Virus record (IMG/VR): IMGVR_UViG_3300042558_003926 | Coordinates: 1-64,000 of that record | Length of the DNA stretch: 64,000 nt | Direction: 5' to 3' (one strand) | Shown here: in pieces, positions 24,941 to 35,351 of the stretch | Position numbering within the stretch: the first letter of the stretch is position 1 | Layout of the letters: every line of letters begins with the position of its first letter | The notes under the pieces: generated by a model | Told to the model about the DNA's origin: nothing | The model's database searches: none | Seen by the model: only the letters and a program-made list of their open reading frames with translations | Position numbers and translations under genes: made by a program

Positions 24941-27571
24941 ATGGAATTCTTAAACCAGGTAAAAAAGCTAAAAGACACAACAAAATCTGCTGAAGTCAAA
25001 GCTCTTTGCGAAAATTTCCTTAATGGTGGATCTGTTTCTAAGGAGTTATTGATTGAATCTTTAGAGAATCACAATATATCTAATGATACCGTGAGCAATG
25101 TACAAAGCCACGTAGATGCTATAAGAAACGAAGAAATGGAAGCTTCAAGAAGAGTAGCAGAGTCAATTATGGAGTCTTGGGGCGGAATAAACAATAACAA
25201 ATCATTGGGTAATGCTGGATCATATGGCTCATTAAACGAGGCAGAAATGACAGATCCTGCTGCAGTAGAGAAAGCTTATAAGACAATAAAGAAAGGCGAG
25301 AAAGGGGAAAGAGTAAAAGAATTACAAATCTATCTTGCTGTACCAAATCCAGATGGTATTTTTGGACCAGCCCTAGAAACTAAAGTTAAGGAATTCCAAA
25401 AAGCTAATGGATTAACCACAGATGGTATGGTTGGAATTGCCACAATGAAAAAAATCATTGAGGTCTTAGGTAAGAAAAAGACTTTGGTTGACCAGATAAA
25501 AGAGATAGGAAAGAAATTCATTAGTGCTATAACTTCTGTAAAGGAAGAGGAATCATTCTTACAGGAGCTTGGAAGAGTAAGTTCGATTGATGGATCTGCA
25601 CAAGGGTTTTTAAAATCAAACGAGATTAATAATCTTGGTGTATTAGAATCTATTGGTATGATAAAAACATCATCCATCTATACATACCCTAAAGCTAGAA
25701 TTATATGCGAGCAATATCAGAATCTTATAGTAAATAAGAGAATACCTGAATTCGCATTAGTTCATAATTTTTTGAATGATATTCAACCTCTAAACTGGGA
25801 CGATACTGTTAAAGGAGTTTCCTCGGGTCTTATGGAAAAAGCAGAGACACTTTCAAGAGAGATCGAGGTTTCTAAAGTTATTGAATCAATAAAAAACACA
25901 GGAAGCTCCGCTTTCTATTCCGATCTTAATGATATTCTTAATGAGTGGTTAGTTTCCGAGAGTAAATCAAATGCCCTATTAGTTAAAAATATTTCTAAGT
26001 GGTCATTTAATCCAGTTGTTAGAAACTTAATCAACTTTATAAATGTAAATGAGAACACAGATAATAGAAGATTGGAAATTCCTACTATAGCTCAAGGAGA
26101 ATCTAGTGTATCTAGAGTTTTCTCTCCTGTTATGTTAGGGAGTCATAAATCTATCTTCTATCTAGGAGGAAACGTTTTTGAATCTAATTCTGCTGACATT
26201 AAGAAGCTAACAAGAAAAGAAGTTGCTGGCTTATCTAGCGATTATATTCAATTGATAGAATCTTTCAACAGACAATACGTTAGAGTTAACGAGGAAGGGA
26301 TTTTCGTTCAGTTAGGTAAAAGCACTGTTAGAATAATAGAGGAAGGAGAGGAAGTATCAGTTTATTTAGGAAAGAGAAAACTTAAATTTGGCGATCCTTC
26401 TGGATTAGCTAAAATATTAGGCTTAGAGTCAGCTACATATTTTGGAGTAAATGAAACTCAGGTCGTATCAGATATTATGAGACTTTACACTAACTACCAA
26501 AATATAGTTGAACTTGATTTCGCCAAGAGCATAGAATCAAATGTATTTGAAGGACTTGCTATCAATCTAATTAAATGGAATAATCAAATTTATCTTCAGA
26601 AGATTAACCAAGGAATGAATGAAAATTCAATCTATAAGGTTACTGGAAATCAGGCAGTATCAATGGTTAAGGAATTTATGAGATATGATATCTCTGAGGG
26701 ATTAACAGAATTTTTAGTTGGAGAAAATAGGGTTAAATCTATTATGGTAAATGACAGAAACAAGGTTATTGAGAACATTTCCAAAGTAGAGGAACAAATA
26801 AACAAGTTAGAAACATTAATGTCAACTAACCCTCTATATTCTGCTTCGCCTGAGATTATGTCAGCTAAAAAACTATTAGAGAATGAGCTTAACGTTCTTA
26901 GAGAGAAGTGGAACCAAATTAATATAGAGATATCTTCAGCTGAATCAACTATAGAATTGGAGAATTCTTTAGAAATCTTTGAAGATGAGAAATTTAACAT
27001 TGGCGATTTTATTAAAGTTAAAGAATCGGGAGATACTGGTAAGATAATTTCTATAGATGCTACTTCGGGAAGATACACGGTTCTTCTAGATACCGGTAAA
27101 ACTTCAGATTTTCTAATCAGTGAAATTACTGATTTAGAAGAGGCTCTTAGTCAAGCAGCTGAAGATAATGCTGATTCTTCGGATGAGGACGATTCAGAAG
27201 AGGAAGTAAAAGAGAACTTTGATATGTTAAGCGGTAACGGAAACAAACTTAACAAATCAGAAATGCCTCTATCAGATCAGAAGAAACTTTTGACTGATTT
27301 TTCAAAAGGGCATGGATTTTCTAAAGCCCCTGGAGATCATAAAGGAACAATCGACATGAAGATGGATTCGCTACATGGGTACAATTCAACGATGAATGAA
27401 GATGAGGGCTCAAAAAAAAACCCCAGTCGTAACTTCTACTTCGCTCCAAAATCAGAAGATCAGAATAAAAAAGGAAACCCTTTCGTCCAATCCTCTAAAG
27501 GAAAACTAAGCAAGGCACCAACAGGAAAAAACATAGTAGAAGAAGAGGAAGAGGGAGGAGAAAAGGAATAA
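24941..27571 (+). CDS. Large putative head/virion protein with peptidoglycan-binding (PG_binding_1-like) domain
   Basis: IKKGEKGERVKELQ..L...DGIFGPALETKVKEFQKANGLTTDGMVG; several (L/I/M)xE putative prohead-protease sites. Confidence 0.7.
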   Translation: MEFLNQVKKLKDTTKSAEVKALCENFLNGGSVSKELLIESLENHNISNDTVSNVQSHVDAIRNEEMEASRRVAESIMESWGGINNNKSLGNAGSYGSLNEAEMTDPAAVEKAYKTIKKGEKGERVKELQIYLAVPNPDGIFGPALETKVKEFQKANGLTTDGMVGIATMKKIIEVLGKKKTLVDQIKEIGKKFISAITSVKEEESFLQELGRVSSIDGSAQGFLKSNEINNLGVLESIGMIKTSSIYTYPKARIICEQYQNLIVNKRIPEFALVHNFLNDIQPLNWDDTVKGVSSGLMEKAETLSREIEVSKVIESIKNTGSSAFYSDLNDILNEWLVSESKSNALLVKNISKWSFNPVVRNLINFINVNENTDNRRLEIPTIAQGESSVSRVFSPVMLGSHKSIFYLGGNVFESNSADIKKLTRKEVAGLSSDYIQLIESFNRQYVRVNEEGIFVQLGKSTVRIIEEGEEVSVYLGKRKLKFGDPSGLAKILGLESATYFGVNETQVVSDIMRLYTNYQNIVELDFAKSIESNVFEGLAINLIKWNNQIYLQKINQGMNENSIYKVTGNQAVSMVKEFMRYDISEGLTEFLVGENRVKSIMVNDRNKVIENISKVEEQINKLETLMSTNPLYSASPEIMSAKKLLENELNVLREKWNQINIEISSAESTIELENSLEIFEDEKFNIGDFIKVKESGDTGKIISIDATSGRYTVLLDTGKTSDFLISEITDLEEALSQAAEDNADSSDEDDSEEEVKENFDMLSGNGNKLNKSEMPLSDQKKLLTDFSKGHGFSKAPGDHKGTIDMKMDSLHGYNSTMNEDEGSKKNPSRNFYFAPKSEDQNKKGNPFVQSSKGKLSKAPTGKNIVEEEEEGGEKE

Positions 27572-27593
27572 AAATCATAAAAAAATCATAAAG

Positions 27594-27626
27594 GAATGTA
27601 GCTCTAATGGGCTACATTCTTTTTTT
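27594..27626 (+). terminator. Rho-independent terminator
   Basis: GAATGTAGCTC-TAAT-GGGCTACATTC followed by T7. Confidence 0.85.
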
Positions 27627-27656
27627 GAAATCTTTTTCTGTTCTATCAGTAGAATA
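27627..27656 (+). promoter_or_regulatory. Putative middle (ECF-type) promoter driving the late sigma gene
   Basis: GAAAT-N17-GTAGAATA immediately after the terminator. Confidence 0.5.
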
Positions 27657-27692
27657 GATAACAAACAAACAAACAAAAATAATTAAACCTTA

Positions 27693-28052
27693 ATGGCTAA
27701 AGATTATGTAAAAAATAGTGAATTGTTGGCCGCGGTAGTGGAATCCAAACAAAAGGGACATTTAACCCCAGATACTATAGAGATGTTTAATCTAATGATA
27801 CACGGGATATCCAAAAAAATGTCATATAAAGATCCGGAAGACAGGGAAGATTGTATGGCCTTTGCCATGGAAGATCTTTGCAAGTATTGGAATAGATTCA
27901 ATCCCGATAAATCGAATAATCCATTTGCTTATTTCACACAAATAGCTAAGAATGGTTTTGCTAAAGGATGGAAGAAAATACATCCACCTAAGAGTCCAAG
28001 AACTATACCTTTTAGCTACATTACAGGAGAGGATAATACATATAACGTATAA
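27693..28052 (+). CDS. Late transcription sigma factor (T4 gp55-like), short
   Basis: YVKNSELL, DREDCM..AME...KYWNRFNPDKSNNPFAYFTQIA matches the gp55 signature. Confidence 0.88.
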   Translation: MAKDYVKNSELLAAVVESKQKGHLTPDTIEMFNLMIHGISKKMSYKDPEDREDCMAFAMEDLCKYWNRFNPDKSNNPFAYFTQIAKNGFAKGWKKIHPPKSPRTIPFSYITGEDNTYNV

Positions 28053-28063
28053 AATTCTTTTTA

Positions 28064-28549
28064 ATGGTTGATATTAAGAAAGTAAAACCTAACGGAGAAT
28101 ATCGGTCAGGTAAATATGAACCCAGAAATCCGGAAAAGTACATAGGTGATATACACAATATCATATACAGATCCTCGTGGGAGTATAGATTCTGTACTTA
28201 CTGTGATACAAACGAATCGATTTTAAAATGGAGTTCTGAACCAGTATCGATAGATTACTACAATCCATTAGACAAGAAGGATCATAAATATAATGTTGAT
28301 TTCTATATAAAGGTTCTAAAGGAAAGTGGGGAAGAGCAAGATTGGATCATTGAAATAAAACCAGAGAATCAGACAAAAAAACCTATTTATGAGGGTGTAA
28401 ATACTCTGAGTAAGCTAAAATCTTATAATAGAAATATGCAGATTTGGATAACAAATCAGGCTAAGTTTAAGGCAGCTAAAGAATGGGCATCGAAGAGAGG
28501 ATTTAAATTTGGTGTGATAGATGAAAATTTTCTTTTTAGAAGTAAATGA
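28064..28549 (+). CDS. Head completion nuclease (T4 gp4-like)
   Basis: PRNPEKYIGD..NIIYRSSWE..FC.YCD.N..ILKWSSE, YNVDF, IEIKP. Confidence 0.9.
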   Translation: MVDIKKVKPNGEYRSGKYEPRNPEKYIGDIHNIIYRSSWEYRFCTYCDTNESILKWSSEPVSIDYYNPLDKKDHKYNVDFYIKVLKESGEEQDWIIEIKPENQTKKPIYEGVNTLSKLKSYNRNMQIWITNQAKFKAAKEWASKRGFKFGVIDENFLFRSK

Positions 28550-29148
28550 GTTTCAAGGATCTAGTTTTAGAATACCGGGATAAGATAGGTACTAATAAAA
28601 ACATCTTCAGGGAGACTGATGAGTATTTTCTAAAAGAGTATTTTAAAAACGATAAGAAATTTCTACCTCAACCGATTTCAATAATACCCGGAAAAATTTA
28701 CTACTTTAATTATTCAACCGATTCTAAAATTACCAAAGAAAGGAAGTTTATAGATAGATTTCCTGTAATTTTATGTACAGATTTTTTTGAAACCGGAGGA
28801 TTTAAAATAATGAAAGGTATAGATCTAGTAACTACCCCAATGAAATACAGAATGGAAATTATAAGCAGAATTTTTGATTCATTCGAGCAGACAATAAAAG
28901 ATAACGGCATTTCCGAATCAGAAGGTGGAATAGCTTCTCCTTTAAATTTAAAGGATTCTGAATTAAATAAAATTTTAGGAGACACCGGATATAAGTCTTC
29001 TCTCTTTGGATTTAAAACGTCTTTCATAAAGAATGCTGGATCGATTATTTATAAGGATTGGTCTAAACTACCCTATCTAACCGTTAATCTGGTCGAGGGG
29101 TTAAATATATCAGGGATATATAGTGAATATGAATCGAAATTAAAATAG
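28546..29148 (+). CDS. DNA end protector (T4 gp2-like)
   Basis: IPGKIYYFNY, DRFPVI; adjacent to the gp4-like gene. Confidence 0.7.
   Translation: MSFKDLVLEYRDKIGTNKNIFRETDEYFLKEYFKNDKKFLPQPISIIPGKIYYFNYSTDSKITKERKFIDRFPVILCTDFFETGGFKIMKGIDLVTTPMKYRMEIISRIFDSFEQTIKDNGISESEGGIASPLNLKDSELNKILGDTGYKSSLFGFKTSFIKNAGSIIYKDWSKLPYLTVNLVEGLNISGIYSEYESKLK
29115..29122 (+). promoter_or_regulatory. Putative late promoter GATATATA
   Basis: Upstream of portal 1, inside the 3' end of the gp2-like gene. Confidence 0.55.
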
Positions 29149-29169
29149 TATTTCGATCTAGAATTAAAA

Positions 29170-30843
29170 ATGGCTGGATTCGTCGAAAATAATAATCCCG
29201 GACAAACCCCTGTTATTCAGAGGATCAGGGATTCAGTAAGAAAATTAAGTACCTTCGGTATGAAGTACGATGACATGGTCATTCGTAACTCCCAAGCTGT
29301 TGGTGTAACTGAGGCATCGTTCCTTAATAAGAATAAATCCAATGTAGAGGATGAGAGCATGCTTTGGACCCTTGCTAAGCAAGATATATCTTCTAAACAA
29401 TTTATCGGGTACTTTGATAAGGACTATAAGGGTAAAAGAGATTATTTAAGAAAGTTTTCTCTTAATCCTGAAATAGAGTGGGTTTTAGATACGATATGCG
29501 ACGAGTCTATTTCTTATGATCCCTCTAATTTTTTCGCATATCCCGATTTTATAGATCTCAGTGATATTAACGAAAAGCTGAAGGATGATTTATATGAGAC
29601 ATTCAAGAAGCTTTATGATATATGGGGATTCTCCGATGATATTACCGCATGGCAATATTTCAGACAATTCATAGTTGATGGGTTTTTAGCTTTTGAGATT
29701 ATCTATGATGATAAAGGAAAGGAGATAGTTGGATTTAAAGAATTAGATCCAATATCTTTAATACCCAGTGTAGAAAAACAAATAGACGGATCCTTTATTA
29801 ATACATGGACTCAGTATCCTCAAGATCCTAAGAAAAAAAGAGTCCTTTATGACCCTCAGATAATTTACATTTCATACGCTAAGGGTAATGCTGTATCAAG
29901 AGTAAGCTACATAGAGAGATTAATAAGACCTTATAATATTCTTCGAATTATAGAATATACGAGAGTAATTTGGTCTGTAATGAACGCTTCATTTAAGCTA
30001 AAAATGACGGTTCCTATTGGTAGTAAATCCCAACAAAAGGGTATGCAAACACTGGGAGAACTAATGAGCATTTATAAGGAGGATATTCAATTGAATGACG
30101 ATAGTGGAGAATTAAGTATAGACGGAAGGCCTAAGATACAATTTTATAAAAACTACCTAATGCCTTCTGGCGTTAACGGAACGCCTTCTATAGAACCTAT
30201 AACAACAGATGGACCTAACCTTAACGACCCAGCTCCTCTAGCGTATTTCTTTGATAAATTTATACTTGAATCTAAAGTCCCTCCTTCAAGATTTCATAAC
30301 CCAGACGGAGGTACAACTTCTCCATATTCTAACGGGGCTGAGGGGTTAGACAAAGAAGAAATAAGATTTGCTAAGTTTATTTCTAGATTGAGATCAATAT
30401 TCCAGGAAATAGTAACAAAACCACTCTGGATACAAATGGTGAAGAAGTATCCTAAACTGGAGGATGATTTTATGTTTAAGAGTCAATTAGGACTTGATTA
30501 TTTCTCGGATAACCCATTTAAGTTAAATCAAGAAATTGATATAATAAACAAAAGAAAAGAGGCGGTAGCTGCTTTAGGTGGAATCATGGGAGATGAGGAA
30601 AAACCCTTTTTCTCTAATGCTTTCCTAATAGAAACATACCTAGGAATTTCTAAGCAAGATATTGATGCTAACAAGGAGGCATTAAAAAGGAAAGAGAAAG
30701 AGAAGAAGGAAAAAGAGAAAGAAGGAGAAGCTGGAGAAGAAGGAGGAGAAGCTGGAGCAGAATCCTCTACTGAAACAGCAGAGGAAACCCCTCCTGCAGA
30801 GGGAGAAGAAAAAACTACTGAAGAAACACCTCCTGCAACCTAA
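29170..30843 (+). CDS. Portal protein, paralog 1 (T4 gp20-like)
   Basis: PEIEWVLDTICDESI, FRQFIVDG, GFKELDP, SYIERLIRPYNILRIIE, KVPPSRF, EEIRFAKFISRLRSIF. Confidence 0.9.
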   Translation: MAGFVENNNPGQTPVIQRIRDSVRKLSTFGMKYDDMVIRNSQAVGVTEASFLNKNKSNVEDESMLWTLAKQDISSKQFIGYFDKDYKGKRDYLRKFSLNPEIEWVLDTICDESISYDPSNFFAYPDFIDLSDINEKLKDDLYETFKKLYDIWGFSDDITAWQYFRQFIVDGFLAFEIIYDDKGKEIVGFKELDPISLIPSVEKQIDGSFINTWTQYPQDPKKKRVLYDPQIIYISYAKGNAVSRVSYIERLIRPYNILRIIEYTRVIWSVMNASFKLKMTVPIGSKSQQKGMQTLGELMSIYKEDIQLNDDSGELSIDGRPKIQFYKNYLMPSGVNGTPSIEPITTDGPNLNDPAPLAYFFDKFILESKVPPSRFHNPDGGTTSPYSNGAEGLDKEEIRFAKFISRLRSIFQEIVTKPLWIQMVKKYPKLEDDFMFKSQLGLDYFSDNPFKLNQEIDIINKRKEAVAALGGIMGDEEKPFFSNAFLIETYLGISKQDIDANKEALKRKEKEKKEKEKEGEAGEEGGEAGAESSTETAEETPPAEGEEKTTEETPPAT

Positions 30844-30865
30844 GGAGAATATAATATTATAACTA

Positions 30866-32476
30866 ATGGCAGGATTTTTAGATTTTTTAAAACCAAATCA
30901 ATCAGCTTTAGGAAATATCCTAAAGAACCTTTCCAATGTTGCAAAATTTGGAATGCAATATGATGATATGGTTGTTAGAAACTCTCAGGCTATTGGTAAA
31001 ACTGAGGGATATTTTTTCAATCAAGAGAGCACTGGTTTTACTCAAAATGATGCCTTTCAGTGGACCGCTTCCTATCAAGATACCAAGGTAAGAAAATATA
31101 TTGCTTATTTTGACAAGGATTACATCGAGAAAAGAAATTATTTAAGAAAATTTTCTTTAAATGGTGAGATAGAGTTCATTCTAGATACCATAACGGATGA
31201 ATCGATCGTATACGACGATCGTAATTATTTCGCTCAGCCATCTTTTGTTAATCTTGACTTAAAGGACAAGATCAAAGATAAACTTGCTTCGCATTACAAT
31301 AGAATATACAATGTATTTGGATTTCAAAATACAATTCTTGCATGGCAATACTTTAAGCAATTTTTAATTGATGGATTTTTAGCATTTGAAATAATTTACG
31401 ATAACAAAGGAAGAGAGATAATAGGATTTAAGGAACTAGACCCAACCTCACTTCAGCCTGTGGTAGAGAAGGTAGCAGAAAATGAATATAGACAGTTTTG
31501 GATTCAGTACCCGAAGAATCCACAAATGACAAGAAAGCTAACCAATGAGCAGGTGATCTATATTTCTTATGCTAAGGGAAATACCATTTCAAGAGTTAGC
31601 TATATAGAAAGACTGGTTAGATCATACAATATTCTAAGAATAATGGAAAATTCCAGAGTTATCTGGAACGTAATGAATGCTTCCTATCGACTAAAATTCA
31701 TCATACCTATAGGTAGTCAATCTCCGCAAAAAGCCATGCAAACATTAGGACAGTTGATGTCCAATTATAAGGAGGATATTTCTATTAACGATTCTTCTGG
31801 TGAATTAACAATAAACGGAAGACCAAAGGTACAATTTTATAAGAACTATCTCTTTCCTGAAAAAGATGGACAGAGCCCAGATATATCATCTCTTAATTCG
31901 GCAGGTCCAGATTTTAACGTAATGGAGAATGTCGTATATTTTTTCAATAAATTAAAAATGGATTCTAAGATTCCCTATGCTAGATTTGCTTCTAAAAATA
32001 CTACGCCGGGAAATTATCAGACTAGCATAGATCAGCTAGAGAGGGATGAGATAAGATTCGAGAAATTTTTAAGAAGATTAAGATCCATATTCCAGGAGAT
32101 TCTAGTAAAACCCCTCTATATTCAAATGTGTTTAGATTACCCTGAACTATCCAGGGATAAAGGATTCAAAGCAAATATAGGATTAAATTATAATAGAGAT
32201 AGTGAGTTCGAGGAAATGGTAGAACTTGCTGGGTTTACAAAAAGGACCGAGTTTATAAACGGGTTAAAAGAATTGAAAGTTAAAATAGGAGAGGAAGAAA
32301 AAGGATACTTCGATCCGGATTTCTTGATTCAAAGATTCCTAGGCATGAATCCAGACCAGATAAAAATGAATCAAAAGTACAAAGAGAAAGAGGAGAAGGA
32401 GGCAGAAAAAGCTAAAGAAGAAGGTGGAGGAGAAGGCGAAGAATCCGGAGGTGGGGGTCAAACCGTTACTCTATAA
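30866..32476 (+). CDS. Portal protein, paralog 2 (T4 gp20-like)
   Basis: Same motifs, including KIPYARF and RDEIRFEKFLRRLRSIF. Confidence 0.9.
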   Translation: MAGFLDFLKPNQSALGNILKNLSNVAKFGMQYDDMVVRNSQAIGKTEGYFFNQESTGFTQNDAFQWTASYQDTKVRKYIAYFDKDYIEKRNYLRKFSLNGEIEFILDTITDESIVYDDRNYFAQPSFVNLDLKDKIKDKLASHYNRIYNVFGFQNTILAWQYFKQFLIDGFLAFEIIYDNKGREIIGFKELDPTSLQPVVEKVAENEYRQFWIQYPKNPQMTRKLTNEQVIYISYAKGNTISRVSYIERLVRSYNILRIMENSRVIWNVMNASYRLKFIIPIGSQSPQKAMQTLGQLMSNYKEDISINDSSGELTINGRPKVQFYKNYLFPEKDGQSPDISSLNSAGPDFNVMENVVYFFNKLKMDSKIPYARFASKNTTPGNYQTSIDQLERDEIRFEKFLRRLRSIFQEILVKPLYIQMCLDYPELSRDKGFKANIGLNYNRDSEFEEMVELAGFTKRTEFINGLKELKVKIGEEEKGYFDPDFLIQRFLGMNPDQIKMNQKYKEKEEKEAEKAKEEGGGEGEESGGGGQTVTL

Positions 32477-32508
32477 TTTTTTATCCCCGTAAGTTTTTGG
32501 TATTTTTA
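32475..32508 (+). promoter_or_regulatory. Putative early promoter (Bacteroidota type)
   Basis: AATTTTTTATCCCC-N12-TATTTTTA upstream of the ligase gene. Confidence 0.55.
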
Positions 32509-32521
32509 TGAAAAAATATCA

Positions 32522-33853
32522 ATGAGAAAAGAACTTCAATTATTCAAAGATCTAGAATCGCTAACTGGCGAGGGATCTCAAAAGGCTAAACAAAAGATAA
32601 TTTCGGAAAATCAGAGCGAGAGATTTTTATATCTTTTGGACATCTGTTTTAATCCTTTTGTTACCACTAAACTTCATAAGATCTCTTTTAATGAGTCTTT
32701 ATCTGAAATTAATCATAACCACTGGGATAATTTTAAAGATCTCGTAGAGGAGCTAAAAAGAGTGCCAGCTGCAAATGATTTACTTAGAAAAAGAGCACAG
32801 GATATAGTTTCTTTCCGGATATCTGATGATGAACCAGAGGATCTTCAACTTAGAGAAGTTTTAATGAAGATTATCACAAAGAGGATGAATATAGGGATAG
32901 GTGCTAAGCTTATCAATAAAGCAATCGGCAAGGAAATAATACCCGATCCCTCCCTCATGTTAGCTACCGACGATCACGAAACGATAGAAAAATGGGATCG
33001 TATTTATTGCGAGGAAAAATATGACGGGGTAAGAGTTATTGCCCTTTGGAAGGATCGTAAATTTTCTTACTTTACAAGGGCTTTTAATGAGTTAGACTCC
33101 GCTTGCTTCCCCCAATTATCTAAATCTTTAGAAACAGCAATAGAATCTAGCGGTATGACTGGGGATTTTTTCTTCGATGGAGAGCTTACCGATTTAAATA
33201 GAAAATCAGTTAGCGGAAAGGTAACGCAGATTCTTAAAGGTAAGGTTGATTCTAAGATAGAAGAGGGAATGATATTTAATGTTTTTGATTTAGAGTCTAG
33301 CGATGTACTAGTTAAGGGAAGGGGTTCTAAAAAATATAAAGAAAGAAGAGAAGCTTTAGAGAATGTTCTGAAAAACATCCCGGATGGATCCAATGTAACG
33401 TTAGCTCAAATGTGGGAGATTGATAGTCCAGATCAAATAACTCCTATCTATAAAAATATAGTAGATCAAGGGGGAGAGGGTGTTATATGTAAGAATGACG
33501 AGGTTTATGAGTGCAAGAGATCAAAATCTTGGGTAAAATTTAAGGAAGTTAATGAATGCGACTTAGTAATAACTGGATGGTATCCAGGAGAGGGTAAAAG
33601 AGAGGGACTGATAGGTGGATTTATCTTGACTGATTCCTCCGGGACTCTTCACGTAAGGGTGGGAGCAGGATTTACCGATCAGGATCTAAAAGATCTAAGT
33701 TCGGACCCAGATTCACATACTGGTAAGATAGTAGCAGTCCAATATAATGTCACAATTACTGATAAGCATGGAAACAGATCTCTTTTTCTTCCTAGATTTG
33801 TTGATATAAGAAATGACAAGAATTGTGCTGATGATCTTTCCAAATTATTTTAG
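32522..33853 (+). CDS. lig: ATP-dependent DNA ligase
   Basis: EEKYDGVR (motif I), FDGEL, FNVFD, GEGVICK, WVKFK, FLPRF. Confidence 0.95.
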   Translation: MRKELQLFKDLESLTGEGSQKAKQKIISENQSERFLYLLDICFNPFVTTKLHKISFNESLSEINHNHWDNFKDLVEELKRVPAANDLLRKRAQDIVSFRISDDEPEDLQLREVLMKIITKRMNIGIGAKLINKAIGKEIIPDPSLMLATDDHETIEKWDRIYCEEKYDGVRVIALWKDRKFSYFTRAFNELDSACFPQLSKSLETAIESSGMTGDFFFDGELTDLNRKSVSGKVTQILKGKVDSKIEEGMIFNVFDLESSDVLVKGRGSKKYKERREALENVLKNIPDGSNVTLAQMWEIDSPDQITPIYKNIVDQGGEGVICKNDEVYECKRSKSWVKFKEVNECDLVITGWYPGEGKREGLIGGFILTDSSGTLHVRVGAGFTDQDLKDLSSDPDSHTGKIVAVQYNVTITDKHGNRSLFLPRFVDIRNDKNCADDLSKLF

Positions 33854-33884
33854 AAACACTTTCATATCCATCTGATAAAAAATA
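33853..33884 (+). promoter_or_regulatory. Putative middle (ECF-type) promoter
   Basis: GAAAC-N17-ATAAAAAATA upstream of the clamp loader gene. Confidence 0.55.
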
Positions 33885-33885
33885 T

Positions 33886-34830
33886 ATGATACAAGAATTG
33901 CTAACAGAGAAGCTTAGACCTAGAGAGCTAAGACATATGATACTCCCGTCTAGGATAACTAAGATATTCGAAAATGGATTAAATCACAATGTTCTTTTGA
34001 GCGGATCACCAGGGTGTGGAAAAACAACACTTGCTAAAATACTAGCTGCCCCCTTTCCACATTTATTTATAAATGTTTCTGACGAGAGCTCAGTAGAAAC
34101 CATAAGGGTTAAGATAAATGATTTCTGCTCGACTATATCAATAATGGACGGCAAATCTTCTAAGAAAGTAGTTATACTGGATGAGTTTGATGGCGCATCC
34201 GATCAATTCTACAAGGCTTTAAGAGGAACAATAGAGAAGTTTGCTGGGAATGCAAGATTCATAGCCACTTGTAACTACATAAATAAGGTGCCTGAAGCTA
34301 TCCAGAGCAGATTTGAAGTTATAGATTTTAATCCGGTTTCAAGTCAGGAGGAGGAATCTCTTAAACTAGAATGGAACAATAGAGTAAGACTTATCCTAAA
34401 TAAGACGGGCATTGAAATAGATGATGACTCCTTAATGGAATTCCAGAAAAACTATTATCCCGATTTTAGATCGGCATTAAATCGAGTTCAGACATGGATG
34501 ATCGAAGGGGTTAAGGTAATTGACACCAACAAGATAAATGAATTTGGGTGGTCATATGAGGATATCTACAATCTAATTGTTTCTTCTAAGGATCCCGTTA
34601 AAAACTACCAGAATATATCTGGAGAATATCAGGGTAAGGTTGATGATATAATGTCAGCTTTAGGGACTGAGTTTATTGATTGGCTGATAAAAAATAAACC
34701 CGATCTTTCTAATATCATCCCGGGTGTTGTGGTTCTTGTTGCTGATCATCAATCTCAAAGGACCCAGGTAATCGATCCGATGGTATCTCTTCTCTCATTA
34801 GTTTTTAGCATACAAAAACTAATACCGTAA
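33886..34830 (+). CDS. Sliding-clamp loader ATPase subunit (T4 gp44/RFC-like)
   Basis: TEKLRP, GSPGCGKTT, ILDEFD, LRGTIE, TCNY, IQSRF, YPDFR. Confidence 0.93.
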   Translation: MIQELLTEKLRPRELRHMILPSRITKIFENGLNHNVLLSGSPGCGKTTLAKILAAPFPHLFINVSDESSVETIRVKINDFCSTISIMDGKSSKKVVILDEFDGASDQFYKALRGTIEKFAGNARFIATCNYINKVPEAIQSRFEVIDFNPVSSQEEESLKLEWNNRVRLILNKTGIEIDDDSLMEFQKNYYPDFRSALNRVQTWMIEGVKVIDTNKINEFGWSYEDIYNLIVSSKDPVKNYQNISGEYQGKVDDIMSALGTEFIDWLIKNKPDLSNIIPGVVVLVADHQSQRTQVIDPMVSLLSLVFSIQKLIP

Positions 34831-34841
34831 TTTACCGTATA

Positions 34842-35351
34842 ATGAATTATAAAAGGGTTATCATAGCAGGAAAGGGTGGATCAGGTAAGGACTATTTGAG
34901 AAAGATGTTAGTACAGAATGGATTCGTGTATTGCGTTTCTCATACCTCCAGACCGATTAGGGAAGGGGAAACCGAAGGTGAGGATTATTATTTTGTTACT
35001 GAAAAATATTTTCACACGGTCCCTTTTTATGAGACTGTAGTTTTTAATACATGGCACTATGGAACATCGATTGAGGAATTTAATAATTCCGATCTTTTTA
35101 TAATGACTCCATCTGGTTTATCTAAAATGTCTCCAGAAGACAGGAAACAATCCTACGTTATTTACATAGATATAGACGAGAACACCCGGAGAGAAAGACT
35201 ATCTGGAAGAAGAGACGCAGATGACGTCGAAAGAAGATTAAGAGCTGATGAATCGGATTTTGAAAATTTTTATGATTTTGATCATATAATAACAAATCCC
35301 AATTTTGGGCTGGACGAATTAGAGGTAATAAAAAAAGGAACAGATGGTTAA
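34842..35351 (+). CDS. gmk: Guanylate kinase
   Basis: GKGGSGKD, VSHTSRPIREGETEGEDYYFV, WHYGTS. Confidence 0.9.
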   Translation: MNYKRVIIAGKGGSGKDYLRKMLVQNGFVYCVSHTSRPIREGETEGEDYYFVTEKYFHTVPFYETVVFNTWHYGTSIEEFNNSDLFIMTPSGLSKMSPEDRKQSYVIYIDIDENTRRERLSGRRDADDVERRLRADESDFENFYDFDHIITNPNFGLDELEVIKKGTDG

